A DNA stretch of 64,000 bases from Bacteroidota bacterium (GTDB taxonomy: Bacteria; Bacteroidota; Ignavibacteria; UBA10030): positions 11,325-75,324 of the forward strand of contig JBBEEC010000061.1 in the NCBI GenBank assembly GCA_040880975.1, in the 5' to 3' direction. Shown one piece after another: positions 27,129-37,020 of the stretch. Numbering within the stretch: position 1 is the stretch's first letter; every line of letters begins with the position of its first letter. The notes beneath the pieces were generated by a model that saw only the letters and a list, made by a program, of their open reading frames with translations, ran no database searches and was not told the DNA's origin. The position numbers and the translations under genes are program-made.

Positions 27129-28805
27129 ATGATCAGAGTTTTCCTTACCGCTTCCCTGTTGATTGCCGTTTTGGGCGCCTGCCGCGAACAATCCGACCGG
27201 TTCGATATTCTCATACTCAATGCGACAATTGTGGACGGAACGGGTAATCCCTGGTATAAAGGGGATATTGGCATTCGAGGAGATAAAATAGTTTCTGTGG
27301 GCCTTCTGAAAGGCACTCAAGCGCAAGAGGTCATCGACGCCGCAGGCAAGGTGGTTTCACCAGGATTCATTGACATGCTCGGGCAATCAGAATTAAGCCT
27401 CTTGGTGGATCCCCGTGGGATGAGCAAGATCTCGCAAGGGATCACCACCGAAGTCACCGGCGAGGGGAATTCCGCCGCCCCGGTCAATGACCGCATCCTG
27501 GATGATCTGAAGGCCTGGAGTCAACAGCACAATATTGCGGTCAATTGGACGGACCTTGACGGATATTTCCGGACGCTCGAGGCCCGCAAGCCCGCCTTGA
27601 ACGTCGCGACGTTCGTCGGAGCGACACAGGTGCGGCGCTATGTGATCGGGCTGGACGACCGCGCTCCCACGCCGGAAGAACTGGACCAGATGAAGGGACT
27701 CGTTCGAACTGCCATGGAACAGGGAGCTCTCGGCCTGAGCACTTCGCTTATCTATGCCCCGGCGGCGTTCGCCAGGACCGAGGAGTTGATCGAACTGGCC
27801 AAAGTTGCCGCTCAGTACGGCGGAATCTATGTTTCGCACATACGCGATGAGGGCGACAAGGAAACCGAGGCATTATACGAGGCAGCGGACATCGCGCGGG
27901 AAGCAGCCCTTCCGGTGGAGATCTGGCATCTGAAAGTGGCGGGAAAGCAGAATTGGGGATCGATGGCTTCGATCGTCAACTTCATCAACAAGCAGCGCGA
28001 AGCGGGCGTTGATATGACCGCGAATATCTATCCATATCCTGCCAGCAGTACGAGGTTGAGTTCGCGGATCCCGTCCTGGGCACACGATGGGGGGGTTCAA
28101 AAACTCCTGGAACGTCTGCGGGAACCTGAAGAACGGAAGCGCATTCGCGGCGAGGTTATGGGAAAGGCAGCCGGGGCCGACAATTCCTTTGCCGCCACAG
28201 GGCCTGAAGGAATTCTGATCGCGAGCGTTCAGTCAGCCGATCTTAAGAAGTATGAAGGGATGAGGCTGAGTGAAATTGCGCGTGAATGGAAGAAGCATCC
28301 GGTGGATGCCATGCTCGACCTTGTGCTGTTAGACTCGGGGCGCGTCGGCGGAGTGTTTTTCTCGATGGACGAAGAGGATGTCCGCATGGCCATGGCACAA
28401 CCCTGGGTTAGTTTTTGCACCGATGGGGGACAGAAGGCGTTGGATGGCCCGCTGAGCGGTGGAAAACCGCATCCCCGCGCCTACGGCAGTTTTCCGAGAA
28501 TTTTGGGCCGTTACGTCCGTGAGGTGAAGCTGCTCTCTCTCGAAGAAGCCATCCGCAAGATGACATCGCTGCCAGCCCAGCGTGTCGGTCTCAAAGAACG
28601 CGGTATTCTCAAACCCGGTTACTATGCCGACCTCGTCATGTTCGATCCGCAAACGGTGATCGACAAGGCAACGTTTGAAAATCCGCACCAGTACTCCGAA
28701 GGGATTGCTCTGGTTCTTGTGAACGGTATTCCGGTTTGGAAGGACGGGACGTTCACGGGGAATTATCCCGGGAAAGGGCTCAGAGGACCCGGCTATCGGA
28801 GATAG
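27129..28805 (+). CDS. N-acyl-D-amino-acid deacylase (D-aminoacylase), secreted lipoprotein
   Basis: Lipobox LLIAVLGAC; N-terminal ILILNATIVDGTGNPWYKGDIGIRGDKIVSVG and overall amidohydrolase-3 layout typical of D-aminoacylases. Confidence 0.75.
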   Translation: MIRVFLTASLLIAVLGACREQSDRFDILILNATIVDGTGNPWYKGDIGIRGDKIVSVGLLKGTQAQEVIDAAGKVVSPGFIDMLGQSELSLLVDPRGMSKISQGITTEVTGEGNSAAPVNDRILDDLKAWSQQHNIAVNWTDLDGYFRTLEARKPALNVATFVGATQVRRYVIGLDDRAPTPEELDQMKGLVRTAMEQGALGLSTSLIYAPAAFARTEELIELAKVAAQYGGIYVSHIRDEGDKETEALYEAADIAREAALPVEIWHLKVAGKQNWGSMASIVNFINKQREAGVDMTANIYPYPASSTRLSSRIPSWAHDGGVQKLLERLREPEERKRIRGEVMGKAAGADNSFAATGPEGILIASVQSADLKKYEGMRLSEIAREWKKHPVDAMLDLVLLDSGRVGGVFFSMDEEDVRMAMAQPWVSFCTDGGQKALDGPLSGGKPHPRAYGSFPRILGRYVREVKLLSLEEAIRKMTSLPAQRVGLKERGILKPGYYADLVMFDPQTVIDKATFENPHQYSEGIALVLVNGIPVWKDGTFTGNYPGKGLRGPGYRR

Positions 28806-28889
28806 CCAACCCACACCAGCAAGGAATCCGATTTCTGCGATAGCCTGGCAAAGATAGAAATCAACGTTCTGCCATTGCTTGCCCCTGCG

Positions 28890-30278
28890 TTACTTCTTTG
28901 TTTTCAACACCCTTGTCCAGTGGACAATCTGCTTTTTTACTTCCTGGGGTGATGTACTTCCCGCCGATTTCTTTTGTTCGACGCTCTTGTGCGGCAGTAA
29001 ATAATCAAACACGCGCTCATCGAATTCTTTCGAAAACGTCCGCAGGGTGTCCAGATCGAGGTTGCCGAAGTACATCCGATGATCGATGCAATAGGAGACG
29101 ATCTTCCCCGTGATTTCATGCGCCTCTCGGAACGGCAATCCTTTGCGAACAAGATAGTCCGCGATTTCGGTTGCCGTCGTGAAGTCGTTGCGCAGTTCTT
29201 CTTCAAGGTGCTGTTTCCGAAAATCTGTATGCACAAGCATGTGCGCCATAATGAAGAGGCAATTCCGCGTTGTCACCACCGTGTCGAACATGGGCTGTTT
29301 ATCTTCCTGCATGTCGCGATTGTAGGCGAGAGGAAGGCCCTTCATGATGGTCAGGAGATTCGTCAACGCACCGAACACCCGGCCGGTCTTTCCGCGGACC
29401 AGTTCCGCCATATCCGGGTTTTTCTTCTGGGGCATGATGCTGCTGCCGGTGGTGTAAGCATCGCTGATCTGCACAAAAGCAAATTCCTTGGTAGACCAGA
29501 GAACAAGCTCCTCAGCTAACCGGCTCAGATGCACTGCAATCAGGGACGCCGCTGACGCAAATTCGATCAGATAATCCCTGTCGCTCACAGCGTCAATGCT
29601 GTTTTCCACGATTCCGTCGAAATGGAGCTTCTTGGCGACCTTCATTCGATCCAGAGGAAACGATGTCCCCGCAAGAGCCGCTGCACCGAGCGGCGATTTG
29701 TTCAGGCGTTTCAGGCAGTCGTTCAGACGGTCATGATCGCGCTCAAGCATGGCAACATACGCCAGGAGATGGTGCGACAGCATTACGGGTTGCGCCCGCT
29801 GAAGGTGCGTGTATCCCGGCATCAGTGTGCCAAAGTATTTTTCCGCCTTGTAAATAAGCACCCTCTGCACTTGTACAATCAACTTCCCGATCTCCTTGAT
29901 CGCCGCGCGCAAATAAAGCCGCTCATCGAGGGCCACCTGATCGTTTCTGCTTCGGCCCGTATGCAGTTTGCCCCCCAAGGACCCGATTTTCTGAATGAGT
30001 CGCTGTTCGATCGCAAGGTGAACGTCCTCATAGTCCCCCGAGAGCTCAAATTTTCCCGTTTCAATTTCCTTTTGAATGAGCTTAAGGGTAGTCCTGATCC
30101 GGCGTGACTCCGCCGCGGTCAGAATCCGGCATGCAGACAGCATTTCTACATGCGCAATGCTCCCCGCAATATCTTCCTGGTAAAGTTGTTTGTCGAGATC
30201 TATCGAGCTGGAGAAATTGAGAGCGATTGTTGACAGCGGTTCTTTGAATCGACCGCTCCAGAGGGCCTGGTGAGGCAT
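28890..30278 (-). CDS. argH: argininosuccinate lyase
   Basis: 462 aa; fumarate-lyase signature GSSIMPQKKNPD; N-terminal LWSGRF...AHVEML. Confidence 0.95.
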   Translation of the reverse strand: MPHQALWSGRFKEPLSTIALNFSSSIDLDKQLYQEDIAGSIAHVEMLSACRILTAAESRRIRTTLKLIQKEIETGKFELSGDYEDVHLAIEQRLIQKIGSLGGKLHTGRSRNDQVALDERLYLRAAIKEIGKLIVQVQRVLIYKAEKYFGTLMPGYTHLQRAQPVMLSHHLLAYVAMLERDHDRLNDCLKRLNKSPLGAAALAGTSFPLDRMKVAKKLHFDGIVENSIDAVSDRDYLIEFASAASLIAVHLSRLAEELVLWSTKEFAFVQISDAYTTGSSIMPQKKNPDMAELVRGKTGRVFGALTNLLTIMKGLPLAYNRDMQEDKQPMFDTVVTTRNCLFIMAHMLVHTDFRKQHLEEELRNDFTTATEIADYLVRKGLPFREAHEITGKIVSYCIDHRMYFGNLDLDTLRTFSKEFDERVFDYLLPHKSVEQKKSAGSTSPQEVKKQIVHWTRVLKTKK

Positions 30279-30358
30279 GTTGGGATTTCGGATTTATGAT
30301 TGTTGATTGCGGATTTAAGTGAAGCAAGATAGGGAAAAATGGGGGGGAGGGCAAATGG

Positions 30359-30407
30359 GATTGGTGATTGGTGATTGGTGATTGGTGATTGGTGATTGGT
30401 GATTGAG
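30359..30407. repeat. heptanucleotide tandem repeat (GATTGGT) x6 perfect plus 1 partial
   Basis: Directly visible at 30359-30407 in the 160-bp intergenic region between the arsC stop and the argH start; preceded by a G-rich run. Confidence 0.9.
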
Positions 30408-30437
30408 GATGATCTTTTGGTCGGGGGGGATTGGCAA

Positions 30438-30866
30438 TCACTTCAAATGGGTGATCACAAAAGCCTGGCAGTAGACTTTGATCTGGTCGCGGACGGTTCG
30501 GAATACTGCAAGAATCTCCTCTTCTGTTCCAGTCGCTTTTGCGGGATCCGGAAAATCCTGATGCAATTGGAGCACACGGGCCGGAAAATACGGGCATCGT
30601 TCACGGGCGTTGTCACACACCGTAATCACGATATCAAACTCCTTTGATTCCAGGTCATCCACGGTTTTTGACGCGTGACGGGAAATATCGATCCCGGCTT
30701 CTTTCATCACCGTAACCGCACGAGGATTCAACCCGTGCGATTCGACCCCTGCGCTGAAAATCTCCGCCTTGTCTCCCGCAAAATGCCTCAGCCATCCCTC
30801 CGCCATCTGACTCCTGCAGCTGTTTCCTGTGCAGAGCACCAAAACCTTTTTGTTTCCGTTCGTCAT
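30438..30866 (-). CDS. arsC: arsenate reductase, LMW-PTP/thioredoxin-coupled type
   Basis: P-loop VLCTGNSCRS, catalytic Cys pair CDNARERC (7 residues apart) as in Bacillus-type ArsC. Confidence 0.8.
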   Translation of the reverse strand: MTNGNKKVLVLCTGNSCRSQMAEGWLRHFAGDKAEIFSAGVESHGLNPRAVTVMKEAGIDISRHASKTVDDLESKEFDIVITVCDNARERCPYFPARVLQLHQDFPDPAKATGTEEEILAVFRTVRDQIKVYCQAFVITHLK

Positions 30867-31303
30867 TGCGTCACCCGTTTGAGCATGCATACTGCCGTGG
30901 AGGGGCAATACACCGTGTATTCCCTACTTGCCTTGATCCAATCCGGAATCTCCTCCCGCGGAATCGACTTGAAGCCCAGCTTTGCGAAGAACTTCTCGGC
31001 GGTTGTCGTCAGGAGCCCTACATTCGCAATTCCTTTCGATCCGGCATAGGAAAGAATCTCCCGGGTAAGGGCCTTCCCAAGGCCGGTGCCGCGGTAAACC
31101 TTATCAACGGCGAGGGAGCGCAACAAACCTCCGCTGTCCCGCATTTCCATTCCGACAATTCCTGCCAGTCGTTCTCCGTCCCAAACGACGAGAAAGTGAT
31201 CGAGGTGTTCCGCAACATCCTCGGAAGGAAGTTCGGCGGTAACCAGAAGGTCTCGAACTGCCGCGAGGTGCGCGGCGGCCGGACGTTGAAACAACCAGGA
31301 CAT
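30863..31303 (-). CDS. arsN2: GNAT acetyltransferase, ArsN2-like
   Basis: GNAT fold (YRGTGLGKALTREI...); position inside the ars operon; C-terminal ...CMLKR typical of ArsN2; ATGA overlaps with both neighbours. Confidence 0.65.
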   Translation of the reverse strand: MSWLFQRPAAAHLAAVRDLLVTAELPSEDVAEHLDHFLVVWDGERLAGIVGMEMRDSGGLLRSLAVDKVYRGTGLGKALTREILSYAGSKGIANVGLLTTTAEKFFAKLGFKSIPREEIPDWIKASREYTVYCPSTAVCMLKRVTQ

Positions 31304-31305
31304 TG

Positions 31306-32121
31306 TTACGGTTTCTCCGCTGTTACGGTAATACTCTGAATGCGGACATTGGAATTTCTGTACGTCGCGCACTCTACGTCGGTCAAATACTCCGCCAGGA
31401 TCTCTTCGGGAATCTGGACCGGTTTCTCTTTCACCACACGGACGTTGTGAAGACCTATGGATTCAATAATATGCAAGTACTCGTCACGGACCAAGGCACC
31501 CGAAACACAGCCGGCGTATAATTCCGCTACTGACTTGAGCTTCTCCGGAAGCGGCGCCGTGACCACGATATCGGATATACTGAAATGTCCTCCCGGCTTC
31601 AAGACCCTGGATATCTCACCAAATGCCTTTGTTTTGTCGGGGACGAGGTTCAACACACAGTTGCTGATGACGACGTCAACCGTGGACGAATTCACGGGGA
31701 GTTGCTCGATATCTCCGTGCCGGAAATCGACATTGGTATAACCGAGTTTCTGCTTGTTGGCATTTGCCTTTGCAATCATCGCTTCGGTGAAATCCACACC
31801 GATCACCGTACCATGCTCACCGACGATACGGCGTGCGACGAAAACGTCGTTTCCTGCGCCCGATCCCAGATCGAGCACTGTGTCGCCCGATTTGATTCCG
31901 GCTCCGTCCGTGGGGATCCCACAACCAAGGCCAAGGTCGGCTTCAGGCACATATCCCTCCAGGTGCCCGTATTCCTCGGCCATCACAGCTTCGTCCGAGC
32001 ACCCGCACCCGCACCCGGATCCGGATCCGCAACAAGAAGACGCGTTTTGCGTGCGGGATTGTGACGCGATCTTCCCGTATGTCTCTTTGACAACAATCTT
32101 CAGTTCTTCAGGATTCTTCAT
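31306..32121 (-). CDS. arsM: arsenite S-adenosylmethionine methyltransferase
   Basis: Cys-rich N-terminus (SCCGSGSGCGCGC), SAM motif VLDLGSGAGNDV, conserved Cys in CVLNLV and C-terminal YAGCVSGA. Confidence 0.9.
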   Translation of the reverse strand: MKNPEELKIVVKETYGKIASQSRTQNASSCCGSGSGCGCGCSDEAVMAEEYGHLEGYVPEADLGLGCGIPTDGAGIKSGDTVLDLGSGAGNDVFVARRIVGEHGTVIGVDFTEAMIAKANANKQKLGYTNVDFRHGDIEQLPVNSSTVDVVISNCVLNLVPDKTKAFGEISRVLKPGGHFSISDIVVTAPLPEKLKSVAELYAGCVSGALVRDEYLHIIESIGLHNVRVVKEKPVQIPEEILAEYLTDVECATYRNSNVRIQSITVTAEKP

Positions 32122-32133
32122 GGTTTTTCTTTT

Positions 32134-32463
32134 CTAGCAGCATCGCTGTTGGTTGTTTTTGAGAGTTGTAACAAAATCCTGGAGGAGGGAGGAAAGCTCT
32201 TCAATATTGTCCCAATCAAGGCAATAGCATGATTTCTGCCCCTCGAATTCCCCCTTGATCAGTCCTTTCGATTTGAGGGCTTTGAGATGTTGAGAGACGG
32301 TTGCCTGGGCAAGCGGAATGACGTTCACGACCTCACCGCAGACACATTCCGTTCTTTTGGAGAGTGTCGAGAGGATGGCAATCCGCGCAGGGTGTGACAA
32401 GGCTTTAAGCAAATCAGCCAGATGTACTTCGTTTTTCTTGAACAGGTGCGATTTACTTTTGGG
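32134..32463 (-). CDS. arsR: ArsR/SmtB family metalloregulator
   Basis: HTH ...LSHPARIAILSTL...; metal-binding ECVCGE; ...TVSQHLKALKSKGLI. Confidence 0.8.
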   Translation of the reverse strand, partial: PKSKSHLFKKNEVHLADLLKALSHPARIAILSTLSKRTECVCGEVVNVIPLAQATVSQHLKALKSKGLIKGEFEGQKSCYCLDWDNIEELSSLLQDFVTTLKNNQQRCC

Positions 32464-32530
32464 CATGTTTTTTATCGTATTATTACGATAATAAACACCA
32501 AAAAGTTTCAAATGTCAAGGCCTGGGGTAT

Positions 32531-34342
32531 TTATTTCGAAGATGGGGGGAGTTGATTTCTCAGGAATTCTTCCAATCCCAACACGATTTTAGCGGCAATT
32601 TGCTCCCGGAAAGATTTTTCCAGCAGTTTCATTTCGTCGTCCGGATTGGAAATAAAGGCGGTTTCGACCAGCACATTCGGGAGCTGTGTAAGGCTGTTCA
32701 ACGCAAAATTGAAGCTTCCGACGACGCCAAACTGGGCAAGTCCGAGGTCAAGGAGGCGGGCGTAAATCTGATTTGCCAGAGGCTTGAATCCGGTATGATG
32801 ATAGAACGCCGCGGTTCCCTGAACGCGCTCGGGATCAACACTGTATCCGACGGAATTGCAATGAATACTGATAAGCAGTTGCGCTCTGGACGATAGAACT
32901 CGCTCGATGCGATCATTGTTGAAGACCCCATTGGTGTCTGTCCGTGTCATTACCACCTTTGCCCCGCGGCTCTTCAGCAACTGCTCAAGCAAAACGGCGA
33001 TTTCCAGCGTAACATCACGCTCCCGTGCACCGGTACTGCCGATAGCTCCAAAATTGTCGCCGCCATGGCCCGCGTCCACGGCGATCGTCATGCTACGCAG
33101 CACTGAGTCCCTGCTCGCAACGACCGGTGGGCGACGTACCCGAATCTGCAGATTGGCCCCACTCCGATATCCCACCTCGTACCCCCAATGCGCCTGGTTC
33201 GCCAGGGCGATCTTCAGCCGGTAATGCCCTTCACCCGCCTGTTCCCAGGAAATACTCTGAATCCCTTCTGCCGAAAGATGCTGTGTGATCCAATTCGTGT
33301 TCGATGTGGCTCCGAAAATATTCACAATCACCGCGGCCGGATTCAGTTGTTGCTCGGTGGTATACGGAAGACGCTCCGTCAAACCAACAATGACAATGTC
33401 TTCCGTTGAATTTCCCGATGCCGTAATCGAGCCCACAAACGATGCCGGGGCCGGTGTCCCTTCGGCCAGGAGTTTTGTATTCTCCTCCGGAACCCAGGCA
33501 ACCATGGTTGGCGTCAGCCGGACTTTGTACTGACCCCCGGCCTTACCCAAGATCGCAAAGCGAACCCCTGGGTCGAGGAACCCAAGTTTCGCCCCTCCGA
33601 GACGATCATCACCCAATCCCGCATTCAAAAACGGCCTGCGACCCGTGAGTTCTCCCACCCTGGGCACCCCTGACGGAAGGATGCGCACTCTTCCTTTTGA
33701 AACAGCCTCCTCACTGGTCCAGAAACTCTTACGAAGTTTGAATTCCACCGGGACATCTGCTGCTTCATCCCCCACATTCACAACATAACGACCCACATAG
33801 ATTCCCCCGAGGCCTCCCGTCTCCCGCGCCGGGAGTTCCCGCATCGCCAGGCCCGACTGAATTCCGTCCAGGGAGAAGGACGCTTCATGATCCGGGCTGC
33901 CTTTCAATCTCACTTCAAGAATGTCTCCAGGCCCAACCCATCGGTCATTTGCCGGCTCCATCATGGCAGAATCGATCGTTAGTGTGTCACGCGGCGACGT
34001 TTGCAGCGGTTTCAATTTCAGAAAAACAAAGTTGCGCGAGATCGAATCGCCCATCGGGCCGATCACTCGGATAACGGTGACGACGGTATCCCGCTGCAGA
34101 TCCACAATTCCGGCAAAGCCCCCACTCTGATAGACCTTGACTTCTCTGCCGTCAACGAACGCCCTTGCCATGCGGATGGTGCTGGCGGCAATGCGGTGAC
34201 GACTCACTGACGTTATGACCGTGTCTGTTTCAGGAATGACGACCCGCAAAAAGAGCGAATCGACCGCCGACCGAAGAGACTCCGCAGGTTGAGCGAGGGA
34301 AGTGAGAATAGGAAGAAAACAGAGGAGAATCCGTTGAATCAT
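32531..34342 (-). CDS. N-acetylmuramoyl-L-alanine amidase (Amidase_3) with large N-terminal domain, secreted
   Basis: C-terminal catalytic block MTIAVDAGHGGDNFGAIGSTGARERDVTLEIA...; signal peptide. Confidence 0.8.
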   Translation of the reverse strand: MIQRILLCFLPILTSLAQPAESLRSAVDSLFLRVVIPETDTVITSVSRHRIAASTIRMARAFVDGREVKVYQSGGFAGIVDLQRDTVVTVIRVIGPMGDSISRNFVFLKLKPLQTSPRDTLTIDSAMMEPANDRWVGPGDILEVRLKGSPDHEASFSLDGIQSGLAMRELPARETGGLGGIYVGRYVVNVGDEAADVPVEFKLRKSFWTSEEAVSKGRVRILPSGVPRVGELTGRRPFLNAGLGDDRLGGAKLGFLDPGVRFAILGKAGGQYKVRLTPTMVAWVPEENTKLLAEGTPAPASFVGSITASGNSTEDIVIVGLTERLPYTTEQQLNPAAVIVNIFGATSNTNWITQHLSAEGIQSISWEQAGEGHYRLKIALANQAHWGYEVGYRSGANLQIRVRRPPVVASRDSVLRSMTIAVDAGHGGDNFGAIGSTGARERDVTLEIAVLLEQLLKSRGAKVVMTRTDTNGVFNNDRIERVLSSRAQLLISIHCNSVGYSVDPERVQGTAAFYHHTGFKPLANQIYARLLDLGLAQFGVVGSFNFALNSLTQLPNVLVETAFISNPDDEMKLLEKSFREQIAAKIVLGLEEFLRNQLPPSSK

Positions 34343-34347
34343 CGGGT

Positions 34348-35595
34348 TTATGTTCGAGTTTGACGCCGTTTCGGCAGGACGCGTTTTCTGATAAACTCGT
34401 TTTGATTCACACGATAAAAAGTCTTAATGGGGAGACTGTAAATCTTTATGAACCCCTCGCTGGCCTTGTGTTCAAATTGATCTTCGATGGTATAGGTGGC
34501 GAGCTTTGTGTCATACAGAGAATTCGGCGATGTACGGCCTGAGATGTCGATGTTTCCTTTGTAAAGCTTCAGCCGGACACTACCATTGACAACTTTTTGC
34601 GTCTCATGGATAAAGGCGTCAAGGGCGGATCGAAGGGGTGAGAACCAGAGGCCGTTGTAAATGAGGTTCGCATAATCCTGAGCGATCTTTGCCTTGAAAT
34701 GCATGACTTCTTTTTCGAGAGTAAGACGTTCCAGCTCCCGGTGGGCAAAATGCAATGTGACTGCTCCTGGTGCTTCATACACCTCCCTCGATTTGATCCC
34801 CACAAGCCGATTCTCCACCAGGTCCATTCGCCCAATCCCGTTCGCGCCGGCGATGATGTTGAGCTTGTCGATCAGATCGACCCCTACCATCCTTTTTCCA
34901 TTCAATCCGATCGGTATCCCGCCCGCGAACTCGATTGTCACATAAGCGGACTTGTCGGGCGCCTTCGCCGGGGAAACGGTCCGCTGGTAAGCGTCCTCCG
35001 GCGGTTCAGCCATGGGATCTTCCAGCACTCCGCATTCAATGCTTGTTCCCCAGATATTCTCATCGATGGAATACGGATTCTCCCTTGTCGCCGTGACGGG
35101 AATTCCATGCTTTTCACAATAAGCGATTTCTTCTTCCCTTGATTTGAATTCCCATTCGCGCAACGGCGCCAGAACCTTGAGTTCGGGGGCAAGGGCCGCC
35201 ACCGCAGTTTCGAACCGCACCTGATCGTTTCCTTTTCCGGTGCATCCGTGAGCGACCGCAGTACATCGTTCCCGCCGGGCAACGTCCACCAGCGCCTTCG
35301 CCAATAGTGGACGGCCGATGGATGTTGCCATCGGATAGGTATGTTCGTACAATGCTCCGGCTTTGAGCGAAGGCCAGAGATATTCCTCCACAAACTCTTC
35401 GCGCAGATCCTGAACAAAAACCTTCTTTGCCCCGGTCTTGTAAGCTTTGTCCGCCAGGCCGACGATCTCTTTCTTCTGTCCCAAATTGCCGGTGAACGTA
35501 ATGATGTCCGCGTTATAACGTTCCTGGAGCCACTTCACGATAACCGAGGTGTCGAGTCCGCCCGAATAAGCGACCGCTATGCGTTGCTTTTTCAC
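34348..35595 (-). CDS. argG: argininosuccinate synthase
   Basis: [12 protein letters not shown]-loop motif and full-length type-I ArgG. Confidence 0.95.
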   Translation of the reverse strand: MKKQRIAVAYSGGLDTSVIVKWLQERYNADIITFTGNLGQKKEIVGLADKAYKTGAKKVFVQDLREEFVEEYLWPSLKAGALYEHTYPMATSIGRPLLAKALVDVARRERCTAVAHGCTGKGNDQVRFETAVAALAPELKVLAPLREWEFKSREEEIAYCEKHGIPVTATRENPYSIDENIWGTSIECGVLEDPMAEPPEDAYQRTVSPAKAPDKSAYVTIEFAGGIPIGLNGKRMVGVDLIDKLNIIAGANGIGRMDLVENRLVGIKSREVYEAPGAVTLHFAHRELERLTLEKEVMHFKAKIAQDYANLIYNGLWFSPLRSALDAFIHETQKVVNGSVRLKLYKGNIDISGRTSPNSLYDTKLATYTIEDQFEHKASEGFIKIYSLPIKTFYRVNQNEFIRKRVLPKRRQTRT

Positions 35596-35605
35596 GTATG
35601 TTCCT

Positions 35606-36079
35606 TTAGTGAAGCGATGAGGTATGGATGGGATTTCGTTGTTCGGACATCAAAGATCGGATTACCTTGATCAGGTCCGGAATTTTCTTCACGGATTTTG
35701 GGGTGACAAAGATCGTGTTGTCCCCCGCGATGGTTCCCAAGACAAGAGGATGGTGCAGCCCGTCGATGATTCCCGCCACACCCTGCGCCCTCCCCGGGAG
35801 GGTCTTCACCACAATAACTGACTCATTGGAGTCAATGCCTTCGATTTCGTACCCTAAAAACGCTCTCAGCTTCTGCTCCTCGGCTTCCGTTTGAAGCACG
35901 TAGCGCACACCATCCGCGGTGTTCACACGGCCAACGCCCAGGTCCTTCAAATCACGCGAGAGTGTTGCCTGGGTAACATCAAATCCGGCTTTTTTCAGCA
36001 ATTTTAGGAGATCTTCCTGACTCCCCACGCTTACGCGGGTCAGGACCTCCTTGATTGCCATATGTCGCGCCTGCTTCAT
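35606..36079 (-). CDS. argR: arginine repressor
   Basis: 157 aa; winged-helix N-terminus ([28 protein letters not shown]) and C-terminal oligomerisation/arginine-binding domain ([11 protein letters not shown]); ATG overlaps argF stop (ATGA). Confidence 0.85.
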   Translation of the reverse strand: MKQARHMAIKEVLTRVSVGSQEDLLKLLKKAGFDVTQATLSRDLKDLGVGRVNTADGVRYVLQTEAEEQKLRAFLGYEIEGIDSNESVIVVKTLPGRAQGVAGIIDGLHHPLVLGTIAGDNTIFVTPKSVKKIPDLIKVIRSLMSEQRNPIHTSSLH

Positions 36080-37020
36080 CCTGTCCTGACTCTTTTTCGA
36101 TCCCGGACTGGAACAGAGTCCCCGGCACACAGAAGCGAAAGAACCGCCTTTTGAATATGAAGCCTGTTTTCTGCCTCGTCGAAAACAACAGAATTCGGTC
36201 CGTCGATCACTCCTGCCGTGATCTCTTCGCCCCTGTGGGCCGGCAGACAGTGCATCACCAGGCAATCGCTCGATGCCTGACTCATCAATTCCTCGTTTAC
36301 CTGGAAACCAGCGAAATCCTTCTTTCGTTGTTCGGATTCGGCTTCCTGACCCATGCTCGTCCAAACGTCGGTGTACACAACGCCTGCCTGATCCACGGCC
36401 AGCGAAGGATCGTCTGTCACTTCAATCGTGCTCACGCCGGTTTCCCTTGCCCTTCGCAGAATAGCCTCATCCGGCCAGTAACCGCGGGGCGCGGCGAGAA
36501 CAAAATCCAACGGGTAGAGTGACGCGATCTCGAGCCATGAGTTCACGACGTTGTTTCCGTCACCCACAAACGCCACCCTCACCCCCGGTTTCAATTTGCC
36601 GTGCTGTTTTATCGTGTAGAGGTCTGCGAGAACCTGGCATGGGTGTGAAAGATCGGTCAAGGCATTGATCACGGGTATCGTTGCATACCGCGCAAGCTCC
36701 ACGATCACCTCATGGTCATAGAGCCGGGCAACGATCGCGTCGCAATATCTTGAAAGCAGCATTGCCACATCATGTGCGGATTCGCGAGTGCCGATCCCAA
36801 TGCCTTCCTGAGAAAGGAAGCTCGTTCTCCCTCCGAGATGAGCGACGCCTACTTCAAAAGAAACCCGAGTCCGAAGGGAGGGTTTTTGAAATATCATCGC
36901 TACCGTTGCTCCCAGCAGCGGTGCGGCGGTATGGTCTGCACGAAGCCGGTCAGCCTCTCTGAACAGGGCATCCAGATCCCGACGGGTCATATCGAAGAGC
37001 GTCAGAAGATCCTTCTTCAT
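36076..37020 (-). CDS. argF: ornithine carbamoyltransferase
   Basis: SLRTR carbamoyl-phosphate motif, HCLP, DVWTSMGQE. Confidence 0.9.
   Translation of the reverse strand: MKKDLLTLFDMTRRDLDALFREADRLRADHTAAPLLGATVAMIFQKPSLRTRVSFEVGVAHLGGRTSFLSQEGIGIGTRESAHDVAMLLSRYCDAIVARLYDHEVIVELARYATIPVINALTDLSHPCQVLADLYTIKQHGKLKPGVRVAFVGDGNNVVNSWLEIASLYPLDFVLAAPRGYWPDEAILRRARETGVSTIEVTDDPSLAVDQAGVVYTDVWTSMGQEAESEQRKKDFAGFQVNEELMSQASSDCLVMHCLPAHRGEEITAGVIDGPNSVVFDEAENRLHIQKAVLSLLCAGDSVPVRDRKRVRTG

Noticed and set aside
30082-30597. 171-aa minus-strand ORF containing HQSPITNHQSPITNHQS
   Set aside because: The repetitive peptide is just the translation of the (GATTGGT)n tandem repeat. The ORF bridges the argH start and the intergenic region and has no other support.
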